A stretch of DNA of 62,235 bases, filler included, from Circinaria calcarea (lineage: Eukaryota), in the NCBI GenBank assembly GCA_051942165.1. It is 16 parts of 16 records of this genome, joined end to end, with 100 filler letters (N's around TTAATTAATTAA, not from the genome) between each part and the next. Parts side by side here need not be neighbours in the genome. Positions count along the whole stretch, not along the records: positions 50,689 to 54,471 come from JAVECS010002626.1; positions 54,572 to 58,353 come from JAVECS010002627.1; positions 58,454 to 62,235 come from JAVECS010002628.1; 13 more parts are not named here. One strand, written 5' to 3'. The notes below the pieces were generated by a model. The model was not told the origin of the DNA. It did not search any database and saw only the letters and a list, made by a program, of their open reading frames with translations. Shown here piece by piece: positions 50,689-62,235 of this stretch; positions within the stretch are counted from its first letter, which is position 1, and the number at the start of each line of letters is the position of its first letter. A program made the position numbers and the translations under genes.

Positions 50689-52959
50689 CCTGCCCCACAA
50701 TATCAGCCGCCAACCGCGCGACCTCATCTTCACCCTTGACAGCAGCCTGCCTTAACCCCTCCTGCACATCCCTCACCCTCTTCTTGAACGCCAACCGTTC
50801 CAGAAACAGTGCTTGGCGCTCCCTTTCAAGTTCCCTCCGCTCCGCCTGCAGCACGGCTTCCATCTCGGAGAACTGCTGCATCTTGAGTTCGAATTTCTGG
50901 AGGGTGAGGTTGACGGCGCTGGAAACGAGGCGGGTCATTTCGCGCTCTTCGTGGGAGGCGAGAGCGGAGGCGCGGGCGGCTGAGGAGGCGAGGGCGAGGG
51001 TGGGGAGGGAGATAGATGATGGTTGCTGAGACTGGGGATCGGATGAGGAGATGGCCACTTGGTTGGCGGCATCTGCTTGGGGGCTAGGGGGCGGCGCGTT
51101 GTCGACGTCCATCGAGTCCTCACTCTTCATGCCTTCCTTTTCTTTCCCCTTCTCCTGCGTAGGGGCTGGGGTACCGTTTTCGAGCCGGTTGCGGAGGGTT
51201 TTGCGCATTTCTTCTACCGATTTCCCTGCTGCAGCAGCGGCGACATTGGGTTCACTCATGCCGGCCAGGAAGCTTACGACTGACATGACCGGGTTATCGG
51301 CTTGTGTAAAGGGTACTCGCCCGTGATTCAGTGCGCCGTAGGTGGTATTGCCATTTGTACCTTCTTCCAAGTACCTGTCTTCGATTTCTAATTGAAGAAA
51401 CTTCATTACGCATTCTTCTCTTGTGCGGGAACCGACATGATCAGATACGGAATTCCAATTTTCGTCGTAGAGTTCTAGACCTTCCAGCAGGAGGAGCAGT
51501 TCAGCATCTGTCCAAGGCGCGTCTCTGTCAGGAACAGAGGAGTAATTGCTGTCTTCAAGCTTAACGAATTCGACTGCCGCATGAGAGCTTGGATATCTGC
51601 CCTCCAGAAAACAGTTTGGACATAAATCGTACTTTAGCTTCGCAGCTGCAGACCCAGCGGTTGCAGTTGGAGATGCCTTTAGGTAATGAAATCGTACACG
51701 AGTGCAATCGATACCACACGAGTAGCAGTATACGGCCTTCTTCGGCTCCTTTGCCAATTCCTCGACTACTTTGCTGGCAGCTCCTGTAGCGGAAGCCCCG
51801 TTAGCGCCGGTTTCCTCTCCATTGGCCTGTTTATCTTTAGCGGCTGCAGTAAGATCCTTTCCGGTCTGGTCGTAGAAATTTCGCCGGATCTCGAGGTTAA
51901 GTCCAACTTTAGAAGGCGGTGTGGCACTTAATGCCCGTTCAGTGCCTGCAAATGGCTTACCAGGTGTGGCGACGGATCGAGGTGCGGGCTGGAATGGTTG
52001 TAGTCCTCGAGGAGTATCAGCTGTGACGCGAAAATGACCTGTAAAGGGAGGGCCGATCGCAGACGGTCGAGTATCAGGATCGACCTATAATACCACTTAG
52101 CAAACAATACTATTTGGTTGGTGACCTAGTATACCTGGTAATTTATCAGGCCCCATTGCTCGAGGAATGAGTGGACTCTCATGATGGCGCAAACATCTCC
52201 TGCGAGGTTTCGCCTGCAAGCCGTAACAGTAAGGTATTCGGACGGATTAAGCCGGTACGTATTGATCATAAAGTCTCGGTAGTCTTTATATACCGCCGGT
52301 GTTTTACTTCGGTTCCGATTATTGAAAAACTCTCCCATGGCCTTCTTTTCTAGTGCATTTATGGTATGCATGTCGAACCAAGTCGAATAGCTAGGGAGAA
52401 TGATTGCGTGCGTCTGTGCTATCAGATGAGATCGGGCCGCGGTTTCTATGGCGGCCTTGCTCTGTGCTGACTGTCCTTCTGCAACTCCTTCCATCGGTTG
52501 CGACGAAGATTGCGCTTCAACGTCGTCCTTGTCAGGGCTTCCATCCTCGTCTTTGGTCTGGTCCTCCATTCCTGCCATCTCCTCATCTTCTCGGTCATCA
52601 TCTTCATCTACAGGACGTGGCGCACTTGGTGCATCTAGAGGATTGTCGGAGACCGTTGGTGGTTGCGCTGCTGCAGCAATCTGTGGTTCGTTTGTGGCCG
52701 GTATTTGGTCAAGGCCGTCGAGAGCATCTGTGCCAGGTTTTCCTATTTATCAGAAAGAGATGTTAGATCGGAATCATATAAGTCGCCATAAACCAGACAA
52801 ATGTTCATGAAATAGAAGTCCAAACATATCCAACACACCTAGTCCATTGTTGTTGGTTTCACCGGTTCCCTGGGAGGTTGAGATTGGGTCGGATGCTTTC
52901 GAAGGTGAGGCTGGTGGAGGTGCACTGTTTGCGCTCACACTTAAAGAGTCACCTTCCAT
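50689..52959 (-). CDS. RSC8: SWI/SNF-RSC core subunit (SWIRM, ZZ-type zinc finger, SANT, coiled coil), 3'-truncated
   Basis: [71 protein letters not shown]. Confidence 0.93.
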
Positions 52960-53459
52960 GGTCAAGGTGATTGAATGCCAAGATGAATGGAGTCAATGTA
53001 GGAAATGGCCAGTGGACAGTTCGGCGACTCTTGCGCAATCAATTCAAAACAACATGCGAGTTATGGGCTATGATTGTAACGATTAGATGGAATCAACCCG
53101 AGTAATATGCAGGCGTCTGCGTAGCATAACCGATCTTTCAACCAGTCTTTCGACCTCCACCGGAGTTGTCGCGTTGAATTGCTGAAGGTCGACGTGAAGC
53201 GGAAAGAGAACGCTAATCACCTTAAGATAATTGCGGCTCTGCGGGCATGGCACGAGCTTTGGACGGAAGTGGAGAATGTTTACTCCGTATGTTAAGCCAT
53301 CCATTCACCAGCCTCGGTAAGAAGTTATCTTTCACTCCCTGATAGTCAGTTGAGGGACAATCGTCAAATTCCTTTCCTTCGATTCATTGCAATTACCTAT
53401 CCCCATTGTAAAAGTGTCCAACATAGTTGAACAATTTCCTACCTTCATTTCTCTCCAAC

Positions 53460-54471
53460 ATGCTTTCAAACGCCCGCCATTCCATCCTACGGCAAGCCAA
53501 AACCCAATTCCGACCATCAAGATCTATCACACGTGCACAACAAACCCTACTGGCCCGTCTACTATCAACCCTTGCAATTCTTGAGCAAAAAGATGGCAAG
53601 TTGAGTCACGCATCGCTGAATGCTGTGACGGCTGCTCAAAAACTTGGAGGTTCCATAACTGGGTTCCTTGCTGGAAGTGGGGTAAAGACTGTTGCGGAAG
53701 AGGCAGCTAAAGTCGATGGGCTGGAAAAGATCCTAATGGTAGACAATGCAGCATATGACAAGGTAATCTTTTTCCCGTGGAACTTCCTATTCGAAGACCT
53801 GAATTGACAATCCAACAACCTAGGGTCTGCCGGAGAACTATGCCCCCCTCCTCGTCGAAAACATTAAGAAGGGCGGATTCACACACGTGATAGCTGGCCA
53901 TTCAGCCTTTGGCAAAAACCTTATGCCCCGCGTTGCCGCCCTCCTTGACTCCCAGCAAATCTCCGACATTATCGCCATCGAAAGCGAAGACAGTACGCCC
54001 CCTTAACCTTTCCCTTCCCCACCCCTCTTCCCCACGTTCCAGACTGACCCTTCGCCATCAAAAAGCGTTTGTCCGCCCCATTTATGCAGGCAACGCAATC
54101 CTAACGCTTCAATCCTCCGACCCTATCAAAATAATAACAATTCGCGGCACCGCCTTTCCCGCCGCCCCCATCGCCTCCAATAGCGCCCCCATTACCGCTG
54201 GCGAGGATCCCAAAGCCCCCTGCCGAACAACCTGGGTCTCCGAAGACCTGCAAACGTCTGACAGGCCCGATCTCGCCACAGCCAGTCGCGTTGTTTCCGG
54301 CGGTCGGGGCCTAAAATCCAAGGAGCAATTCGACAAATACATCCCTCCTCTCGCTGACGCCTTAGGCGCCGCAATTGGAGCCTCGAGAGCGGCGGTGGAT
54401 AGCGGCTTCGCGGATAATAGTCTACAAGTGGGTCAAACGGGCAAGAACGTGGCCCCGCAGCTTTATCTGTG
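53460..54471 (+). CDS. ETFA: Electron transfer flavoprotein alpha subunit, mitochondrial, 3'-truncated
   Basis: GKNLMPRVAALLD, RPIYAGNAI, VVSGGRGLKS, GASRAAVDSG, QVGQTGK. Confidence 0.96.
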
Positions 54472-55199
54472 NNNNNNNNNNNNNNNNNNNNNNNNNNNNN
54501 NNNNNNNNNNNNNNNTTAATTAATTAANNNNNNNNNNNNNNNNNNNNNNNNNNNNNNNNNNNNNNNNNNNNTTCTAGAAATGGGGACATCACTAGGGAAC
54601 GATCAACAGAGAAGGGAAAAAGGGAAAAAGGGAAAAAGGGAAAACAAAAAAGATATTTCCAATAGGCAACCCCCGCCCCCTCCCCCTTCCCTTTACACTT
54701 AATTTAAAAAAGGAAGGAAAGGGAAAGGGGGGAAAATAGGAATAAAAAAGCTATGCCTACCGTTAAAGAATCAAAAGCACTGTTAAACAAAAAGCGAAGG
54801 CTAGTCTCGAATAAGCCCGGGAGTGGAGAATGAGGTGATGTGATTTGGGCTTCGAGGTCTGTTTTTTCAAGTCATGGAGCATAAAAAGTGGAGGGGAGAC
54901 CCGGGGACTTTTTCACCGGGGTTATAAATTGGTGTTATTACTCATGTTACAGATTTCTCTGTTTATTGTGACGCTGAATTAGAGTGACTATGAACAAAAC
55001 AAGATATTAAATAATTTCTTCTTATTACGGGAGTGCCATGCATCATAAAATTGGTGATAGAATTTCTTCCTTCCCCGAAGGCAGGTTTTAAAAGCCCAGA
55101 GGCCTTTATATTAGCTAACTAACCCCTTCCTTTCTTTCTCCTAACACTTCTGATGCATAAAGATTACGAATGGCTTCGAGCTCGTTTCTGCGGTATCAT

Positions 55200-57500
55200 G
55201 GGCCGGGATGGCTCGTTGGATTGATTATCCGTGCTTACCTTCGCTGTGTCGTTCATCTGGCCGGTCGAACCCTTATGTGGGAGCTTATACATACGCAGAT
55301 TTATGATCTCGTCATACTTTCTGGCGAGGCATCGTCGGAGTTTGTCTTAGGGAAACCGTTAGAAGTTCTCTTACGCCTTTGAAACGCGTTCCTGCTATTT
55401 TGCATGATCCTGCTCCCATCCCTTTGAGGTTTTTATAACAGTGTACATTAATGGATTTTGCGACAGGTCCTTTGATATTCTGCATTGGTCGGGCACCGAA
55501 CACTCGAAACGCCAACGATCCATAGGCAAGACAAATCCACGACTTTCTTCTCCTGGATCTGCCAGAAATGCTTGGAGCGGTTGATATTCTTCACACATTG
55601 AACGACAACATTTTACTTTGTCATTCAGTCAGGCCCAATCGTTTGGCGTCTCCGGCTCTTTCTATACGACACGTGTGATGTACGTTGCCATTGTCGATTG
55701 GTAAAACTAGCAAGCATTTCTCGGGCACAGATCCACAATATAGATCAACTGCTCCAGAATTGGAATAACAAGTCTATCTAGTTCTTCACAGGGGAGGCTT
55801 TCGGTTTGTGATTGAATTTGATCTAGTAGCTCAGAAGCTTGCTTCCCATCAGTCTGGAGGAGTTGCTGATGCAGTTTCACCACAAGACTCGCATCGCGTC
55901 GGCCCTTGTCCGATTCGTTATGACATTCTAGCCAAGAGGAATAAGGGTATTCATCGCGAGAAGACGAGGTTTTAGCTGCCGAAGAATATTTTTGAAGCTC
56001 AAATTGAGAGGCTGGAGCGTCCAGAACAAGCGGAAAGAGACGTGCCACCAGGTGCTGATCGGGATTGAGCTTTTTGAAAAGCCAAGTATTTCAACCGCCA
56101 AGGCATTTGAGAAACTCGACTCCCCCACGAATCGGGCAATAAAGGGCTTTACACTATGCAAGCGGCGTCAGTCATCAGATCAAATGAGTGGCATGGTTGG
56201 CACTCGAGAGCTCAGTGTAGCAGCTGGACAGAAATTGGAATGCACTTACAATTCTTCAAAGATTTTGTCATCGTACTCCTTGGATATCTCGATCAGTGCG
56301 GCGGCGTCTTGCGAATATGCTTCCTGTATGGACTCGAGAGCCTCGGTCACTCTATCTCTAATCCAACATGCCAGATATTCTACTTGATGTTCATCGAAGC
56401 GGCTGGCGTTGTTACTGGAGAAACCCTTGCGGAATGAGTGGAGTCTTTGGCGGATCATATGCAACTTTTGCATCCTGGAAAATGCTTCGACAAGACTAAT
56501 ATTCCTGTAAGTACCAATTACCAATCGTGAGTGGAGATAGAGCTCACTCATCCTCCGGCACCATTGGACTTCGAAAATTTATGAGCTCACCAATACGGGA
56601 AAACGTGCTTTCGTCGAAAACATCTGTGACTGAACGGACGGCTTCCCTGAAAAGACCTTGATCGTTAGTGATGATCGCTGCGACAGCTATTGGACCGAAC
56701 CACAAGTCTTTCGTTTTAATATTATTCGAATCCATTACCACAAATAGGTGGGTCCGGCAAGTTTGAACAATTAACTCGTGGATATGCTGTTTTGTATTTC
56801 TTGTCTGAAATAAATCGAGAAGACGCAGAAGAAAGCCTTTAAATTGGCTTAAATTGTGAGGGAATCCAAGAAGAAAGCGCGCTGCCGAAACTTTAGGAAG
56901 GATGAGCATTACCTATTTAAAATAAGCATGAAATAAACTCCGCATCTATTTACCTACTAACCGTGTATTGTATAGTTGATCGAAGTTTGCGTACTCATTT
57001 CCTGTATATTGTCCACCGGTTTGACTGTCGGGATCCCTCGAATTGTAAAGCCAGTGTTGCAGTATAATGTTGTCCGGAATCTTTAGCGATGTTCCAAGTG
57101 TGTAGCCCTCTAAATCAACAACATGGTCAAGTCGCAGGGAGGACTTCGCATACTTCTCGCCTTCTTCATCGTTTGGAAATGTCACGACCTTCTGCATGCT
57201 GGCGAGCAGGACGCAAAAGTTGCCCACCTTAGTGCAAACGTCAGCTACATAACAAGTGCGGTAATAATCGTCGGCTTTCAAAGTCGCCAACTTGAGCCCC
57301 GCATCCGTGTGTTGGTGATCCAAAGCATAGCAAAGACACCCAGGTTTTTCGTCAAGGCCACGCCATTTTGTCAGTGGTTGGCAGAAACGTGCTAGTTGAG
57401 TATCAAGCCCTGCTGCCGATTAAGGAACACCAGACGAGGCATTGATGAGGTTGTACGTAAGGACCCATCGATATCCGCTTTGAACAGGCTCGATCTTGCG
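55200..57500 (-). pseudogene. Decayed member of a large fungal 2OG-Fe(II) oxygenase-associated protein family
   Basis: EPVQSGYRWVLTYNL, LDHQHTDAGL..LKADD, YTGNE, C-terminal FLADP; in-frame stops at 55709, 55664, 55631, 55397 and downstream; HxD-bearing exon not found. Confidence 0.65.
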
Positions 57501-58453
57501 TCAGGGTCAGTTATTACCGTCATAGTACCCGGTAACACTTAGCCTATGGACTATGGACTAAGCTCAGCGTGAATAGTTCAACACATGTATTTACTTAGGG
57601 TATTAGCCCGATGTCCGGTGTTGATCTCGTGATTTGTGAGGTACAATAAAAAAGCTGTGGCTTGACTGCCGAAGTGTACAGAGCATAATAATAAATTAGC
57701 TGATTGATTGTAAAGATTTCGCCCCCTACAAAAAGATTGCCCTTCTATCCCCCTAATCCCCAACCTTCCCGTCGCCCTTTCGCACGCCCAACTTCCAGCC
57801 TCGTTTTTCCTCCTTTGCAAGCATCGGGATAGGTAGAGTCTTTTACAAAATCGCGATCGCGTACCAGGTGGGGATTAGAGGCTAGTGGGGAAGGGTTTTA
57901 AAGGGATTCCCTAAGCCGGAAAAGGTTTATGGTAAGCCAGGAAAATCATTGGCCTACCATAATTCTCAAATTTTCGAGAAATTGGTTTTTTGAGTTTGGG
58001 CCAGCCCGATATGAAGAGTCGTGCTTGGCGGACCAAATATAACATAGGGAGACAAAATAATTCGGACCCCAAAAACTCGCCAACCTGCAATCGATTGCCT
58101 AAGGTGTGGCCATTGAATTTGGTGATGACCCTTTTAAGAATTGAAAGGTTGCAGCAGCCTAGCATTAGCCGGGTAGCTTGAATATGATATCCGAACTCTT
58201 CTGTCAACCGCGAGAGGGGGCTATGCATCAGTTTGCCCCTTTCCACAGCCTTATTCTTAAAGTCAAATTTGTTCTTTCTCCGCCTTCCCTCTTTTTCCAC
58301 TCGACTTACGTACAACAACCCCCTCCTTCTCATCCGCCAACCAACCCCAACCCNNNNNNNNNNNNNNNNNNNNNNNNNNNNNNNNNNNNNNNNNNNNTTA
58401 ATTAATTAANNNNNNNNNNNNNNNNNNNNNNNNNNNNNNNNNNNNNNNNNNNN

Positions 58454-59091
58454 TGTCCAATATCCTTTTCGAATCCTCGATATCGAATTATATAAAGTCC
58501 GACTTCTCGGATGAGCAAGCTTTGCTCGCCGGTACCGAATTCGATGAGTTCTTTCGTGAAGAGACAGAACTTTGGGATGCGGTGCTACCTCCCCAATCAG
58601 ATATCCAGCAAGCATTCCTCGACCACTGGAACCAATCGATGCCCAATAATTTAAGAGATGGTGATGTTGATGAAATGGAGTCTTCGGTGGACGAGGACGA
58701 TTTTGAGGGTGATACCTCGGACAACGACGATGAAATGGATATCGACAATACACTAGATGAAGATATTGCGATGTGCGAAGAATTAGAAATGACCGATCTG
58801 GAGAATGGGAATGAGAGCAAAGGCGGGGTTTCTGTGTTGGAGGTTCCTGACAGCATGGACGAGGAAGATTCTAACAGCAGCATCGACTACAATCAACTGG
58901 GACTGACCTCGTCCGCCCAGATATCGTTCACCCAGCGCCGGAAGGGATCTGCACTTGCCCCACTTGCATATGGGCTGGAACGTTTCTACGTTCGGTGCAA
59001 GGGAGCCGAATTTCTGCGTGAGGGGGGGTGGAACGGGAGGAGTGGAAATGGGGCGGAGGAAAGTGCCGACAGACAGGGAGAGCACAGATGA
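58454..59091 (+). CDS. Hypothetical acidic protein, 5'-truncated
   Basis: Open frame from contig start with a D/E-rich segment; no recognised domain; 3' structure uncertain. Confidence 0.4.
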
Positions 59092-60085
59092 CAGAGGTAG
59101 GAGCCCAGAAAATACCTATTCGGGGTTATTTTTTGTCCGTAGGGGAAACGTGTTTTTGAGCTCGTTCCTCTCGGTTCTTGAGCGTTCCTCTATCCAAAGC
59201 TCTCTGTACACAGCGAGAGTCTGCACTCTGATGCTTGCAACTCCAGTCCCGTTCTCTCCAACCCGTCTGTCTTACACATGTATTCTTTCCTTGTGTTTTG
59301 CCAAGTGGCTGAATGCTATGCTACTAGAACCACAGCCTACTGAGAATATGATCCATCCTCATTCCCTTCCCCTGCCTTCCCTTTCGCTCTCAACAGATAT
59401 CCGGGAAGCAATCGGTCGACCACTGGAACCAGTCGACTCCTAAGACTGCGAGCCGGAGGAACAGCCCTCTCCACCCCGAGCGGATGAATCCTAGCGCCGG
59501 CGGTTTGATGATATCGAAAATATCTAAGGATGTGTCGCGTAACGGTAGCTAAGGCAGCATCAGGGGACCCCCTTTCTCCCGCTCATCATTGCTAAACTGG
59601 CAGTGGCAGAGTTGCAAGGGGACACGACGTTCGGGAAGGGAGGACTGTGAATGGAGCCATGGCACTGGTTTAGAATAGGCCCTGGGTTTTGTGGCGCAAG
59701 CATAGACAGGGAGCGTTGTTTTGACATGCAAGAAGATAGTAGACAGAGCATAGAGGATATATAGCTTTAGAATATAAGTAGTCTACCATCACGCATATAT
59801 GCACCATTGCTGTAGCAGTCAGCCAGTGCCACATTCACGTCATATCCTTCTAGTAGCAGCGCCTTACTCACTAGACTCCAGGTCTGTCGTACACGACCTA
59901 GGCATGAACGTATTCTTCCTTGTGAACAGGCCTTGTATTTTTGCCAGGTAGCCAATTGATATGTGATAGACTGCAAAGCCTACTGGGTGATAAAATACAC
60001 TTCCTCCCTTACCCCACTTCCATCTTCGTCCCCCTTGGAGCAAGAGCAAAAGGGTTGCAACCTACTCCTCCCGTCCTTCCTATCC

Positions 60086-60954
60086 TTACGCATCTTCCGT
60101 GTCCTTTGGTTCCTTCGGCTCCTTTGTCCGCCCCACCATACCTGTAACCGGAATCACAATTGGCGCTGTCTCGTTGTGGAAGCCGCAGGTGAAGCTACCG
60201 CCGCTGCTCTGGCGGCAGAGGAAACCGGGGACCGTGGCGCGGGAGATCAGAGACGAGGTGCCGTAGAGGCGGATGGGGCGGGGTCCGACTCTGGTTTTTT
60301 CTTCATTAGTCAGGTGTTTGGAGGGTGCTTAGGTGCTGGTGCCGGATAAGGGGGAAGGGAAAAGGGAAAAGGGGGAAGGGGAATAGAAACTCACGCTCGA
60401 TCGACATAAGAGTGGATGACGTTGATGCTGAAATTAGAGATGTCATTGAAAATGCTAAAGTACCAGCCGAAGTGGTGGTCGGTGCAGTAGAAGCGCTGGT
60501 AGTAGGTTGTTGTGGCGGTTGCGGGGTAGAAGGACGCGGCGCAGTCGGTGGTGGATCGGTTGGCGTGAACGTCGATCAAGGTGACTGGTTGGCTTGTTAG
60601 TGGGGGTTGCTGTGGAAAATAGGGGGTAGGAATAGGGGAAGGAGATAAGTTTCTGGAGGTGGTTGATTGGACACTTGGATTTGCTTTTTTACAGCGGGAA
60701 ATTGCGACTAGAAAAGGCTACGAAGGAAACAATCAAAAGAAGGACCGTCTTAAAAGGGATCCCGTCGCTTCAAAGGGGCTCAAGTACATACACAAAATGG
60801 TCGTATTGGCCGGAGTAGAGCCATTGACACGGCCATCCTGGTGGCTTTGCAGAGTCGGTACGGTGAAGTTTCGGGCTTGAGCGCTGACAAGTGCGACCAA
60901 CAGGCCAATCAGAGCGAATCCAAGACCGCTCATCCTGCTGCCAAGGAGATGCAT
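60086..60954 (-). CDS. Small secreted protein, Alt a 1-like (AA1-like) pattern; exons 60954-60792, 60584-60395, 60290-60086
   Basis: Signal peptide LGFALIGLLVALVSA; introns GTATGT..CTAAC..CAG and GTGAGT..CTAAT..CAG keep frame; four Cys; FTLID..TDC..YC.D..F.I.VIHSYVD. Confidence 0.65.
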
Positions 60955-62235
60955 GATTGTGGCTTTGCTTCAGGAACTCTTTGATCATTTCAAAGAGGAT
61001 GGGAGGCCCGAATCGGAAATATCGTCTTCGGGAAGGATCGGTGCGGCAGTGAAGGACCTACCAAAGTGACAAACGGTACATGAGGCAGTGAAGGCATTCA
61101 TGCATTCCACAGGAGTAACTTTTTTAGGTTTTTGTGAATTGCATGGCGCCCCTTACTTGCGCATAAGGGAGAGCGAGTTCACTCACTGCGAATGCAGCTC
61201 CAAAATATGCATAACAGCCCGAGGCTGATGGCTAAAAGTCGTTGCGGGGTTCAATCTTTGTAGCGCCAGGGTCGGGACAACTACTGCTCGGCCATGAAAA
61301 GCCCCGAGTTTTGTCATGACCTTCTGGCGTAGTGGGAGACTATCACAGTAGTCTTTGCGTTCTGATGCTGGACTACCACTATAACTACTGTTGCCGGGCG
61401 ACCTGATCAGAGTGCGACACGCTACAAACATAGGAGAGCCACAAAACAGTCAGCCATAAAAGGAGTCTCGAATGTTCAAGAGACCCAAATGTATCTATCC
61501 ACGTCTCGCAGAAGGCTCATGTATACAGCCTTCGTCCATGGTACAGCAAGCCCTACCTCGAAGCAAGAGTTGGCCTTATGGGGAACGCGCCGGTACGCTG
61601 TCAGGCACACCACAGCTGCACCTGCAGGGGTTTCACCGCAACCGATAGAATACTGATGATACTCGTCCCTCAAAGATGTTTCACCCACGGTGCACCAAGA
61701 ATAGAGTGAAGTCGTCGATGCCCGCAGTGGGGAACCTGACTTTAAGCAGCTGTGATCAGCGTTGCCAGTGTGGCCGCTATTCTCCGAAATGGGTGGCTGA
61801 TGGTAGTCGCGTGGATGAGATGCGAAGGCGCAGCTTAGGAGTGGTGCAGCCCCGTTGGGTCGCGAGAGTAATGACTTGACGTGTATGAGACGGGGTCCGA
61901 GTCCTCTTCCACGGCCGGATGGCTTACAACTTGGCCATAGAGTCGGACGAATGCCAGAACGGACAGTTCGAAGTTGTGGGTGAGGACAAAAATCGAAGCT
62001 TGTGAGGTGGGACTCAGGGGGTCGATCAACAACGCCCTTTATCTACACAGCCCTCGGGGCTTGCAGCCGAAGAGATTGACCTGACGACCGCAACCAATGC
62101 CCTTGAACCTGATGCGACCTCAATCGTCTCGTTTTTGTCGCGTCTCTCACTCTGACAGTCCCACGCTGCTTGACCCTCAATCTTGTATGCTGCCTGCACT
62201 CAGACAGCCTGCAGTAGGGCCCCCTCCCCCCCCTC

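Noticed and set aside
61183..62235. Short minus-strand ORFs at the window end
   Set aside because: No motif or consistent exon chain could be supported

Overview
This window is not one contiguous locus. It is 16 unrelated contigs of about 3.8 kb, sorted by decreasing length (3809 down to 3782 bp) and joined by an artificial 100-bp spacer (N44-TTAATTAATTAA-N44, stops in all six frames). Neighbourhood arguments are valid only within a contig. The DNA is from a filamentous ascomycete (Pezizomycotina-type genes, short GT-AG introns with CTRAC branch sites). Housekeeping genes include RPS30, XRN1, kynureninase, ISA2, SWI3/RSC8, ETF-alpha, a peroxisomal-type acyltransferase, catalase, an M28 aminopeptidase and an FMN alpha-hydroxy acid oxidase. 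Accessory content includes a KS-AT polyketide synthase with a divergent alpha/beta-hydrolase, an O-methyltransferase, three PTH11-like receptors, an NLR/NACHT-like protein, small secreted proteins, an LTR family and several decayed genes. The best candidate for an undescribed system is a spliced gene at 9110-10571 that joins three separate ORFs into signal peptide + CFEM-like Cys domain + Ser/Thr stalk + one TM helix + cytoplasmic retropepsin-like aspartic protease, i.e. a receptor-protease. All exon models were built by hand and no database searches were run.
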